From positions 1 through 30,436 of the forward strand of contig NIVC01000726.1 of NCBI GenBank assembly GCA_002269645.1: 30,436 nucleotides of DNA, written 5' to 3'. The notes beneath the pieces were generated by a model. That model was given only the letters and a program-made list of their open reading frames with translations, was not told where the DNA came from and ran no database searches. This DNA comes from Macrostomum lignano (lineage: Eukaryota). The position numbers and the translations under genes were made by a program. This document shows, in pieces, positions 1 through 11,380 of the stretch; the stretch's first letter is position 1, and the number at the start of each line of letters is the position of its first letter.

Positions 1-1147
1 ATACTACAATTTTAGTCACATGCAATAGTAATACTCTCCTTTAAAAGTTTTTAATATCTAAAATTCTGGGTTAAATTTTATAAAATTTCTCAAACAGTGA
101 AATTTTAGCTGTTTTTGTTTACATGCTAGTGGTTTGCAAGTAGCTACTTCTGTGTGAAAATACACTGTTATTAATAGGTATTAGTATTATAAATTTTGTA
201 TATGACCTATAAAAGCTGAAATGTAAATTGTACTTTTCTACTTTTATTTTGTTATTTGTTTGTTTGGCCAGCTAGCCTTCGGGGGGTATGGCCTTGGCCA
301 CTTTCTCCCCCTTCTATAATGATCCAAACACACTTGAAAGCTTGCCAAAAGTGTACATTTAATATTATTGATTGATTGTTTAAAACAAGCCTCTAGTGGT
401 TAGTGTTAAAAGTGAGAAAAAGCCTATGGGTGGATTATGAACCCTCCTTTTATGGAAAGTTGGGCCTTGTGCATTGCATAGTGTACACTATACAAGATAG
501 AAGGTAAAGAGAATGAGAATGATAGGCTAGCCAATAGCAATAGCATGTGATTCTCTCTAGTCCACTATGGTGTAGGGAAAAGAGGGGTGTCAGATGGCCC
601 AACTCTAAACCCCATATCCAATATAGTGTGCATCCAAAATAAGAAGGGATTGGGTCCAGATAAGTCTTCCCAATGGATATGTATAAATAAAGACAAACAT
701 TGATAAGAAAAATGGCTCTAAACCATAATGGATTATTACACTGTGTCTATTTTTATTAACTAGTTGACTTGTCTTTACACTTCAGCAAGGTCAAAGTTAA
801 CTACTTTTACTTGTATTTGTATTATAGAACTTATGTTTTTAGTTTCCTTTCTTATAAATCATTTGACATTAGATACATTTTATAACTCTTGTCCTACTTT
901 ATCTACTAGGCTAACTTTATGTATGACACAACACAAAATATTAGGAGCATCAATGTTAATAATGCCTAGGAACTTAGAAGTCTTTAAATAATCAATACAA
1001 TTATAAATTTATTATTAAATTCCAATCCCAAAGCTCACTAGGACAAAAAGACTGTCTTCATTAATAATACTAGTATTCTAGTAATAATGACAATGTCAAT
1101 TTAACATCAGTACACAAGACTAAAAATGAACAACTACACAATCTTAG

Positions 1148-1334
1148 CCATAGGGATAAGCTGAAAATTATTGACACAGATCTGTATAGATAAAATTGGA
1201 ATTATTGACATGGCCTATAGACTTGAATGGTAGTAGCTATTTCAATAAGCTGTCATAGGGATAAGCTAGAAATTATCGTCATAGATTTGTATAGATAAAA
1301 TTGGAATGATTAGCATAGGACCATAGGGATAAAC
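1148..1334. repeat. Degenerate direct duplication (about 106-bp spacing)
   Basis: CATAGGGATAAGCT...GTATAGATAAAATTGGAAT at about 1149 and 1254; partial third start at 1321. Confidence 0.55.
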
Positions 1335-2833
1335 ACTTCCTATTGTTTTTGCCTAAGCTAAGATGACATATTATTATATAAAAAAAGAAATAACATTGCA
1401 AACAAATAGACATTACAAAAATTTTACTTTGTTTAAAAAGCCTAAAAAATATTTAGAAATGATATATAATTATAACATAGGATAGGCCCTAGCCATTGGG
1501 GCAAATCTAAGGGGCAAGAGAGCATGGCCCTCACTTATCCATAGGGCCTAGCAAAAAAAATTAGACCATAATTTATTGGCCTGCAACTATGCCAGGTCTC
1601 CTTTTCAATATTTGGTTGTAGTGCTTAATATAGCTTGCTTACCCCCTCAAAAATTTTCTAAATCTGGGCCTGATGAGTGGATGATATATGATGTGTTGAT
1701 GTTAGGATTATATAATTTTGCATGCCATAACTTAAGCTTCATACAAAAAACCTTTGGGTAGAAAAGTCAATCCCCAGATCGCAGTATTTCTAGGATCCCA
1801 GTCAGATTCCCAGAGCCCTGGAGTCCTGTGATGCCAGGATTTTAAGCAAATTCCAGGATTGGAATGATTGACTTCCATCAATTCCCTACTGTTTATCGCC
1901 TACTTAGGTTTATGGGTGAATTGAATAGTGAATAAAGAATAATCTTTAAAGCCGTTAAGGTCTATCACAAATGCAACTGTAATAAGGTTTAGTAATTTGC
2001 GGCCATACGTCATTACGCCAGTGCCAGTCGCCAGCGAATTATGCAAAATGTAATGCAAAAATTATTATTCTAATAATATATGATTCAAAGTAATGGTGGT
2101 GTGGTACAGTTTAAGGGGTTATAAAAACATGATAAAAATGTTATAAATACTCAAAAATTGCCTAGAAGGAACGGTGCATCCCTCATCACTTTGCAGAAAC
2201 ATGCACACAAGTTCTAATACGACTAAATTAAATTAATCAGTCTGACAAAGAAAACTTGAAATTGTTAAATCGGAAGCAATTAGTAACAGTAGAAAATGCA
2301 ACAAGTAAAATACTTTTTAAATAAACTGTTATAAAAAAATATAATTACAAAGTTTTGTCGTTAGTTAAAAAATTAACAAGTTATGATATAAATTTTGCTA
2401 AAGTTTAAAAAAATTTAACAATACAGTTATTACTACTTACTTTCTTTGAAAACCGTCAAATCGAAAAAAATATGGTCTTTAAACCCGTGGGTGAAATATA
2501 CTTTAAATATTCTATTTCAGTTTGCTTCACAATCGGTTGCGGAATTTTTTCTATTCATTGAGCACATACTAAAATAATGTACTTTTAGAAATATGTATTA
2601 AGTTTTTTGTCACTCGATTAAGTTAGACTCTTTAATTAATAAGGACAAAATAAAAGAACAAACAGTGAGTAATTTTTATCTCTTGTAATTTAAGTTTAAT
2701 GGAGTTTTAAATAACTTTTAAACAGTTCTCATACTGTGTCTAACAAAAATATAATAATGTTTTAAAATATGTTATAATAAAATGTCTTACAAAAATAAAT
2801 TTATTTATTTGTCTAAAAAGTATTATACTTATA

Positions 2834-3593
2834 GTAATATAGCATTTTGCAGCCCATGGCATTTGGGCTTACTTACGCGCATTTAGCTTAATCCAAGATA
2901 TGTTTGCCAATGTAACGGAGCTTTTGTCTATGGTAGCAAGGCTGGTGCAGCGGCATTTGATTTGGTCCAACAAGCATCCATTTGGTCTAAACACTCATGA
3001 GCCATTGGACAAACTCTTGCCTTCTCTTAACCATCTGGCATCTGCAGGTTGTTGTGCATTGCTGAAATGTCAGCGTCTCTACCAAAAGTTTTCAGTTGCT
3101 TTTCCAGAGCTCTGCTGATAGTCGAAATCTGATAACCAACTGGAACTGTTCTTTCAACTTATACTGCATTTTCTGCAACATCAAAAAAGGATTCATCTCA
3201 ACTGCATTGAGTAGCAGTTGGACCTAAGCCTAAGGCTCTCAAGTGACTTGCAATCTCTGCCATCAGAGTTTTAACATGCTGCTGGATGCTGAAAACCACC
3301 TTTTCTTTTATATTCAATAACCTTGCAATGTCTTTTGGGTGTTCACCTCCATCAAGTGCTTCGATCACAAGCCAATGACATTCGTTCAACAGCCTAGCAT
3401 AGGCCTATGGTCCACAATTCTGGGACTGAGCTGCAAATGAACTAAATGGACCAAATGGATGCTTGTTGGACCAAATTAAATGCTGCTATGCCAGCCTTGC
3501 TACCATAGACAAAAGCTCTATTACATTGGCAAACATATCTTGGATTAAATTTGATGTGCATAAGCCCAAATGGGCTGCAAAAAGCTATGTTAC
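2834..3593 (-). mobile_element. Internally deleted Tc1/mariner (IS630-like) DNA transposon with ~160-bp terminal inverted repeats
   Basis: About 2834-2990 is the near-exact reverse complement of about 3450-3593. Minus-strand interior, interrupted by stops and frameshifts: LVIEALDGGEHPKDIARLLNIKEKVVFSIQ (HTH-like), MQYKLKEQFQLVI/ISTISRAL, RRQEFVQWLM; no DDE domain seen. Exact ends and TA TSD not clear. Confidence 0.7.
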
Positions 3594-3896
3594 ATTTTAC
3601 ATTTTACATTTATATAATTAATATAGATTAATTTATATAATTAATATTACATTTGTGTTACATGGAATACATAGGTGACCTAATGACCATCTGCTAGAAA
3701 AATTCTCATGTGCACATTATAATCAATAAAGTATTTGGTATTGAGAATTTTTGTATATAAAATATAAATTTGTGTTTGTAATTTTTGAATTTGAAAATTG
3801 TATTAATATAAATAAAAGGCAAAATTTTAGGTATAGGCCCATCTTAGTTATGCCAAAATAGGAAATGTGACTTTGTCATATAGCCATAGGCCTATA

Positions 3897-4191
3897 CATA
3901 CATGCGCAACAGTCGGCCGAGTCGGCCGATCCGGCCGACCGATTTGGCGGCCAACCAAGGAAGTCGCAAAAATGCCCACCCAAAAAAATTCCGAAGTAGT
4001 ACTAAGTAGCTGACGAGGCATTTTGGCTTAATAAGACAGTCATAGTTACTTCTGCCGTTTACCCAAAGTTGCGTTAAATTTGCTTTACGGTTTTTTCACA
4101 TGTAAGTCGCATTTTTGGCCAAAAACTATGTCGCATTTTGTTAAAAACTAAGTCGCACGGCCGACCGAATTTTGGAGGTTGCGCATGTATG
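3897..4191 (+). mobile_element. MITE family A, copy 1 (hAT-like)
   Basis: 14-bp TIR CATACATGCGCAAC...GTTGCGCATGTATG; perfect 8-bp TSD GGCCTATA (3889-3896 and 4192-4199); second copy at 5614-5911. Confidence 0.9.
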
Positions 4192-4457
4192 GGCCTATAT
4201 CAAAATTTAAAAATTTTTACATTTTTATATTTTTATATTGTAACAATCAAAATCAAGCCTGACCTTTTTACATTAATACATTTGATATTTATATCTACAT
4301 TATAACAAAATAAGTGCTGCATTTTTTTTCTCTTTTGGCTTTACAACAACTTATAATTTCACTAAATTATGATATCTAAATTCTTTAATATAGTACTATC
4401 ACATTCAATAATATTTTTTTGTTTTTATTTCTATTATCTTTTTACTACTATCTTTTT

Positions 4458-5106
4458 GGTGTAAGACCATTAGACCAAGATGGCCACACACCAAGATAGC
4501 CACAACATTGAATATCTTTCATTAATCTTTTTATCATTAATTAATAACATAATAGCTATTGTTATATTAATTATTATGTTTAATCAATCATATTCATAAA
4601 TACTAATGCAATAATAGATTTGAAACTAATTACCTATAATACAAAAACTTTAATCTTTTTCAATGTTTATGCCAATTTATTCTCTATTATTACATCTATC
4701 AAATCTATCCCTATCTATTTATTAAGAAACCATTGCTACTAGTAGTAATGCTATACAAGAATAAAGATAAATATGATAATAAAGATAAATAGAGATAATA
4801 AAGATAAATATGCAACAAGGCAAGGTATTTATTTTGTGCTAGGCCCTAGGCTACTTGCTTGATGTAGTGAATAAATATCTATAGGTCAAGCTAAAATAAG
4901 AGCTAAAGCTAAAGGAATGACTATATAATATAAGGGCCTAATATAATACAATTCCAATATAGCATCTTTTAAAATAAAATAAGTGAAATAAGTGAATGAG
5001 TGAATATATTTTTATAAGTGAAATATATAGACCTAGGCTTATTATAATCTATTTAGACACTTAGAGCTATGGCCATCTTGGTGTGTGGCCATCTTGGTTA
5101 TGTACC
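4458..5106. mobile_element. Putative MITE family B with imperfect TIRs
   Basis: ACCAAGATGGCCACACACCAAGATAGCCACA (4474-4504) is the inverse of 5068-5098 (2 mismatches); GGT...ACC termini flanked by direct ATCTTTTT (4450-4457, 5107-5114); AT-rich interior. Confidence 0.5.
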
Positions 5107-5613
5107 ATCTTTTTATCAAAATGTTCTGACTTTTGTTTGTTACAAAAAGGAAGATGCACCAATTTTAAAATAGCTCTTGTTTTTTGTAAATCTTTAAATT
5201 GAGGCTTATATATTTATATGTTGTATAAAATATAATATATTAATTTATATAATTAAGAATTAGGGAATATTTGATTATATATAAAATTACTATAAATAGG
5301 ATTTATTAGGCAAAAAATTAATAGATATAACACATTGAGAACCATATTAAAGAGCATATTTATGCTAGGATTTTTTTTAAATATAAGCTGTTGGGAAATG
5401 GCATAATTTGATGTATATATATGCATCATTCTATTTGCTATGCCATAATCAAAATAGCTAGTATAAATTAAGATACATATCAAGCCTATTAAAGTCTATA
5501 TCAATATGAAATCTATATTCATTATAGATGATCAAAGACCATAATACCGATATTAGAACATTAATCAAGAAAGAAAAAATTGTGCTAAGTACCTAGACTG
5601 TATGCTAAGTATA

Positions 5614-5911
5614 CATACATGTGCAACCTCAGAAATTCGGTCGGCCATGCGACTTAGTTTTAACAAAAATGCGACGTAGTTTTTGGCCAAAAATGCGACT
5701 TACATGTAAAAAAACCCTAAAGCAAAATTAACGCAACTTTGGGTAAACGGCAGGAGTAACTATAACTGTCTTATTAAGCCAAAATGCCTCGTCAGCTACT
5801 TAGTACTACTACTTGATTATTTTTTCGGGTGGGCATTTTTGCGACTTCCTTGGTTGGCCGCCAAATCGGTCGGCCGGATCGGCCGACTCGGCCGACTGTT
5901 GCGCATGTATG
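5614..5911 (-). mobile_element. MITE family A, copy 2 (inverted relative to copy 1)
   Basis: Reverse complement of 3897-4191 over its full length with scattered substitutions; own 8-bp TSD TAAGTATA (5606-5613 and 5912-5919). Confidence 0.9.
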
Positions 5912-6474
5912 TAAGTATATATATATTTATAGATTTTTTAATGCTTATATACTCTATATATAATCAATGTATTCTATGATATTATAGTTTTTTATTCTAG
6001 TGTATATGTAGCATGATCTAGAGTACAACCAACAAGCATATAAAGTTGGAAGTAATAAAAAATTCTATTATATTTAACAATGGCTTAATACTATAAATTA
6101 GATTTATTGAATATAGCCTAATATTCAATTAATCCTTAATAGGTTACTCTTCTAGCCATTAGCAAAGACAAACTTGAAACAATGCTACTTAAGTAAATTA
6201 ATTATTGTTATTAAACTCAGCTTTCTTTCATTAATAATAATGGTCAAATTCTAGTGTGAATAACTAGGAGAAAAAAAAGTGGCCATGATTTTTTGGCAGA
6301 AATAGAAAAATAGCAAAATAAAATATGTTGACTTTTTGCCAAAGTATAGGCCTGTTTTCTCTAACTCCATTTGGGTCTTTACCTCCTAGAATCTACACAC
6401 TTCTTTAGCAAGTTTCTAGTTGTGCCACTGACTAATTTTATGTTCTTTTTTAAATTCCAAGAAGATAATCTATC

Positions 6475-6509
<35 letters not shown>

Positions 6510-6516
6510 GCCTGCC

Positions 6517-6589
<73 letters not shown>

Positions 6590-6602
6590 GTCTGTCTGTC
6601 TC

Positions 6603-6653
<51 letters not shown>

Positions 6654-6656
6654 GCC

Positions 6657-6713
<57 letters not shown>

Positions 6714-6908
6714 GCCTGTCTGTCTGTCTGCCTGCCTGTCTGTCTGTCTGTCTCTCTGTCTGTCTGTCTCTCTGTCTGTCTGTCTGTCTGTCTGTCTGCC
6801 TGTCTGTCTGTCTGTCTGTCTGCCTGTCTGTCTGTCTGTCTGTCTGTCTGTCTGCCTGTCTGTCTGTCTGTCTGTCTGTCTGCCTGTCTGTCTCTGTCTG
6901 TCTGTCTC

Positions 6909-6975
<67 letters not shown>

Positions 6976-6986
6976 GCCTGCCTGCC

Positions 6987-7022
<36 letters not shown>
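6475..7022. repeat. (TCTG)n microsatellite of about 550 bp with CCTG/TCTC variants, about 130 bp upstream of the GID8 ATG
   Basis: Directly visible 4-bp period. Confidence 0.98.
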
Positions 7023-7024
<2 letters not shown>

Positions 7025-7155
7025 AATTAATTTATCAAGCACTGATGCGAATCTAAAACTCGAATTGATAAAGTCCCACTCCACCCCGCCATCCGCGCCC
7101 AGCGGCAGACCCGGACAGAGCCTACGTGTCGTCGGTGATCTCGTCAATCCGGCAG

Positions 7156-7518
7156 ATGATGAGCTTCGCCAACGCCATGGAGAATCTCATGCCCGCTGCA
7201 GGTGCCGGCAGCGTTGGCGGAGCCGCAGCCGCCGCCGCTCCCGGATCCGCGGCCGCCACCTACCGGGCCTACCTTGGCCCAATGGCCGCTCGCTCGCCTC
7301 TGGCAGCCGCCCTTGCCGCCGCCACGGCCGCCGCCGCTGCCAACTCGTCTTCGTCGAGTTCTGGCGCGAGCAGCTCAGCTACAGGCGGCAGATTGGCGGC
7401 GGCAGCGGCTGTCACGGAGGACGGGCGGGAGTGGCTGAACTCGCTGACTGATAAGCGCCTGTTGAATGGCGGCAACAGAGAGCTGCACGACTTGGTGCTG
7501 CAGTATCTGATCAGCCAG
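7156..7518 (+). CDS. GID8: GID8/TWA1 (CTLH E3 ligase complex subunit) exon 1: Ala/Ser-rich N-terminal extension plus start of LisH motif
   Basis: In-frame ATG ATG at 7156; translation ...EDGREWLNSLTDKRLLNGGNRELHDLVLQYLISQ resembles GID8 'TKDEWMEKL...MNRLIMNYLVTE' (recalled from human GID8); donor CAG|GTGTGC at 7518/7519, phase 0. Exact start codon uncertain. Confidence 0.85.
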
Positions 7519-8410
7519 GTGTGCAAATCACAGCCTATAAAACTTGATAATTCGCCTTCTTTTATGCCTATTGGTATCGGGCGTGTCCTGCGGTTTAGGC
7601 TAACTGGTTTTATAGTTTGGATTTTCTAGTGGATTTGAGATTGGTAGATTCGCTGCCACCAGGCTTCCTGTTTCCCTAATCCTACTAGTTAGAGATAAAG
7701 GAGTGACACAGGAAAACCAATAATTAACAAAATTTATTACTTCAAAAAGATAATATAGAACTGAGCATGCAATGGTTACTTTGTTACTTTTACTTCGACT
7801 ATCTTAACAGTTTTACATACTTCCCTAAACTTTCCCAGCCTCTTACCTGATTAAATGTTCTGAGTTAGCAAACGGGATCATCACAAACGGATGCTTTCCC
7901 AAGAGCCCAACTGCTCTGTAGATATAGAGAATCCCCAAAATTAGCAATTTACCCCGGCTCTACGAGTAATTACTTCCCCTAACTAAAACTACTAACAGTA
8001 GTCAAAAAGCATATCTGTCCCGCTACTAAGTCTCCCCTTAAATTAATGCCCTACTACACTATTGTAACCAAGCTATTAATGCCGTCAAAGACAACCGCCC
8101 GAAACACGAGACACTGATAAAAGCGAGTCAAACTTGAACAGAAAGACCGGAAACTTCGTTTCTTAGAAACTATTTGAAGGCTGCTTTGCGCCTTTTAAAG
8201 TACACAGTACCGAAATAGAAATATTTCATACTTTCTGTGCTTTAAAATCGAAGTAGATGAATAGGCAAATCATGTATTAAAAATTGATGTGCTTCCAATA
8301 GAAAACTTTCGCTTGTTTGTAAAGTTTTAAAAGCTAGCCTTTCAAAATTATGTTCCCAAGAAGCCTCAGAGTCGTCCTCAGTATAAATTGGTCATCCTGG
8401 CGCAACACCG

Positions 8411-8501
8411 GCGACATCGTCGCACTACCAGCGCTGACGGCAATTCTGACCCATTCCGCTGACTCCTGAACGCATTCAAGCGCGCCAATCTGTACGCAGG
8501 C
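8411..8501 (+). repeat. Dispersed ~90-bp repeat relic, homologous to 15383-15471
   Basis: GCGACAT...CCAGCGCTGACGGCAATTCTGACCCATTCCGCTGACTCCTGAACGCATTCAAGCGCGCCAAT aligns with 15383-15471 in the same orientation. Confidence 0.7.
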
Positions 8502-8581
8502 TCGCAGGGTGTACAGCGGAGCTGACTTTCCAATCGTCAGGCATGTACACTCTGTGCCTTGGGGAGGTTGGCCCTCATGAA

Positions 8582-9014
8582 TACAGATACTAGAATAACC
8601 AGATGGGCCACTCAGCACATTTGCGTGTAAGCTACTTTTAGTTCAGTAGTAGGTTAAACTAGAGCATTTTAATGTATTCTTAAAGCCGAGGCTCATTTAT
8701 TGGCTCTTGCCTCTTAACCCCCCCCACCCCAGCTTAAACCCTCTAACCACGCCTTTCCACACTACCCCCCGCCCCGCCCTAGTTTTTATTGCCATGTACA
8801 TTACAGAGGACTGGCTATTGCTGAACCAATTAGCAAGTTATTTACGCCTGCAAGCTTGGCTTCTAAACTTATCAAAGTCATTTCAGTTGCCTTTATTTTT
8901 ATAAAATAGCTTATGTATTCTTCTTTGCTACTGAACTGCAAGTAGAAAGCTGTTTTGCTAAGTACGAGTATAAATATGCCTGAGTGGCCCATCCAGTTAA
9001 TTTTAGTATCTGTG
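8582..9014 (+). mobile_element. MITE family C, copy 1 (hAT-like), in GID8 intron 1
   Basis: Termini TACAGATACTA...TAGTATCTGTG with subterminal GATGGGCCACTCAG / CTGAGTGGCCCATC; flanks CTCATGAA / CTCATGAC (7/8 TSD); homologous to 10936-11380. Confidence 0.82.
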
Positions 9015-9155
9015 CTCATGACTGTGAATCTTGTGACAACCAATGACAAACAATGGTCGTGGCGCGAGAGTCAGATGCTCCATTTCTAATCATACTACTC
9101 ACAATTTTAAGATTTGTAAGTAGCAAGCAGCAAATTTTATTGCCTATTATTGCAG

Positions 9156-9570
9156 GGTCACCTGGAGGCGGCCGAGGCATTCCGCCAAGAGGCCGCCGAA
9201 CGCCTGCAACTTTTGCCGCCTCTTGACGGTCCACTGATCGAATCAGCAGCAGCCAATTCGGACGCGGCCGAGCTCGACCACTTCCGGGTCAGCCTGCGCG
9301 AAGCAGTGCAGTCCGGCCGGCCGGCAGACGCTTTGAACGAACTGGCGGCGGCCAGGCCCGGCCTGCTGGCTGCCCGGCCTGAGCTGGCCTTCCGGCTCCG
9401 TCTGCAGCAGCTGCTGGAGCTGGTGCGGGCCGGTTGCGTTGCCGAGGCGTTGGAACTGTCTCAGGCTGAGCTGGCGCCTCTGGTGGCCGATAGGCCGCAC
9501 CTGTTGCCAGATCTAGAAGAGTGCATGGCTCTGCTGGCGTTTGAACGGCCAATGCAATCGGCCGCTTTTG
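9156..9570 (+). CDS. GID8: GID8 exon 2: rest of LisH, CTLH and start of CRA domain
   Basis: Acceptor TATTGCAG|GGT (phase 0) gives ISQ|GHLEAAEAFRQEA; ...LREAVQSGRPADAL...FRLRLQQLLELVR...LEECMALLAFERP matches the GID8 pattern; donor G|GTAAGC at 9570/9571, phase 1. Confidence 0.92.
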
Positions 9571-9734
9571 GTAAGCAATGAGGAATTTTTTGAACTCTAA
9601 CATTCGGATCCCTCATTTTGCAATCGGATTTCCTGTCATCAATTGCCTTAACTGTCCTTTTACACCCAAAACCTTAGCATTAGAATCCCGTTGATGTTAT
9701 CCTCAAGATTTTTCTACCCTAGGAATCCCCCTGC

Positions 9735-10205
9735 TTATCTCCCAGAATTCCCTCAGTTTATTATCTCCCATAATTTCCCTCAGTTTATTATCTCCCATAA
9801 TTTCCCCAAGTTTATTATCTCCCATAATTTCCCCAATTTTATTATCTCCCATAATTTCCCCAAGTTTATTATCTCCCATAATTTCCCTCAGTTTATTATC
9901 TCCCATAATTTCCCCAAGTTTATTATCTCCCATAATTTCCCTCAGTTTATTATCTCCCATAATTTCCCCCAGTTTATTATCTCCCATAATTTCCCCCAGT
10001 TTATTATCTCCCATAATTTCCCTCAGTTTATTATCTCCCATAATTTCCCCCAGTTTATTATCTCCCATAATTTCCCCCAGTTTATTATCTCCCATAATTT
10101 CCCCCAGTTTATTATCTCCCATAATTTCCCCCAGTTTATTATCTCCCATAATTTCCCCCAGTTTATTATCTCCCATAATTTCCCCCAGTTTATTATCTCC
10201 CAGAA
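9735..10205. repeat. 27-bp minisatellite in GID8 intron 2
   Basis: Unit CCCAGTTTATTATCTCCCATAATTTCC, about 17 copies, decaying to about 10340. Confidence 0.95.
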
Positions 10206-10549
10206 TTCTGTCAGTTTAGTGCTCGTATCTCCCCTAATTCTTCCCAGTTAATCATCTCCCAGAATTTTCCCAGTTTATCCCTTTAGTTTATCCTTCATAA
10301 TCCACCCAGTTTATGCCCATAGTTCTCTCAGGTTATTTCCACAATTCCCCCCGTTGAATCTATAGATTTTAGTTTTAGAATCGCAACTCTATCACCCGAG
10401 TCGCCACAATTTTGTTGCTTTAAGAAAGAATCGTACCTTGTTGGCCATTGTCACTTAGCGAGTCAAATTAGAGTCGCAGTACACGCGCACACCTGACTGA
10501 CCTACATCTGCTTGAGTATCTATACAAGTGCAGTGTTGCTTTATTCAAG

Positions 10550-10791
10550 GCTCCTGGCTGAGCATCGGGCAGCGCCGCCTGCTGGCCTGCGAGCTGAACG
10601 CGGCCCTGCTAGACGATGAGGCCAGTGACCAGCAAGCTAATGGTGTGGGCAATGATGCTACTCATAGTAGTAAGCTAGACTATCTACTAAAGCTGGTGCT
10701 GTGGTCGCAGGATCAGCTGGCCACAGCTAAAGTGCGCGGATTTCCACGCCTATCAGCCGATTCGCTTGGCGAGGCGGCTTTTCAGGACTGA
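10550..10791 (+). CDS. GID8: GID8 exon 3 (terminal): CRA domain
   Basis: Acceptor TTATTCAAG|GC matches phase 1, giving AAFG-SWLSIGQRRLLACELNAALL...KLDYLLKLVLWSQDQL...FPRL, cf. GID8 'FGDLLH..QRQKVWSEVNQAVL...KLAKLLKLLLWAQNEL...YPKM'; TGA at 10789-10791. Confidence 0.88.
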
Positions 10792-10935
10792 TTCAAACTC
10801 AAACTTTATTAGGACGGGAAAATGTCGTTTCTTGGAAATAATCCTAGAAAGAGCGATGAAGAACGTTTCCTGTCCTATTTAAATCGTCATTGTTTGTTTA
10901 AACAATTTTTTCCGAGTCCTTTTCTTATATTTAAC

Positions 10936-11380
10936 CACAGATACTAAAGTGACTGGATGGGCCATTCAGGCATATATTTAGCAAAACAGCTTTCTACTTT
11001 CAGTTCAGTAGCAAAGAAGAATATATAAGCTATTTTATAAAAAAAGGCTTAAAATCCCAGGTTTAGAAGCCCAAGCTTTCAGGCGTAAACCATAGATCTT
11101 ATATGATCTTTGCGTAAACAACTTGCTAATTGGGTCAGCAGTAATGTACATTAGCCAGTCCACTGAAATGTACACGGCAGCTTTAGGCTGGAATTCCGAG
11201 ATAGGCAATAAAAATTGGGGCGGGGCAGCCGGTTGGAGGGAGGGTTTAAGTTTAAGCTTGGGGGCGGTTAAGAGCCAATAAATGAGCTTTGGCTTTAAAA
11301 TACATTAAAATGCTTCTGTTTAATTTACTACTGAACTGAAAGTAGCTTACACGCAAATGTGCTGTTATATAGTATCTGTG
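10936..11380 (-). mobile_element. MITE family C, copy 2, about 145 bp after the GID8 stop codon
   Basis: Termini CACAGATACTA...TAGTATCTGTG; perfect 8-bp TSD TATTTAAC (10928-10935, 11381-11388); inverted homolog of 8582-9014. Confidence 0.88.
11207..11212 (+). terminator. Candidate GID8 polyadenylation signal (AATAAA) inside MITE C copy 2
   Basis: First AATAAA found after the stop at 10791; a second is at 11277-11282. Use not demonstrated. Confidence 0.4.

Noticed and set aside
1740-1885. Degenerate foldback (AAGTCAATC at both ends)
   Set aside because: Too short and divergent, with no TSD.
6371-7030. 219-aa ORF (LSVC)n
   Set aside because: Translation of the (TCTG)n microsatellite; starts at TTG and shows no domain.
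7703-8330. Possible solo LTR (TG start, minus-strand AATAAA)
   Set aside because: No matching CA terminus with a TSD could be found.
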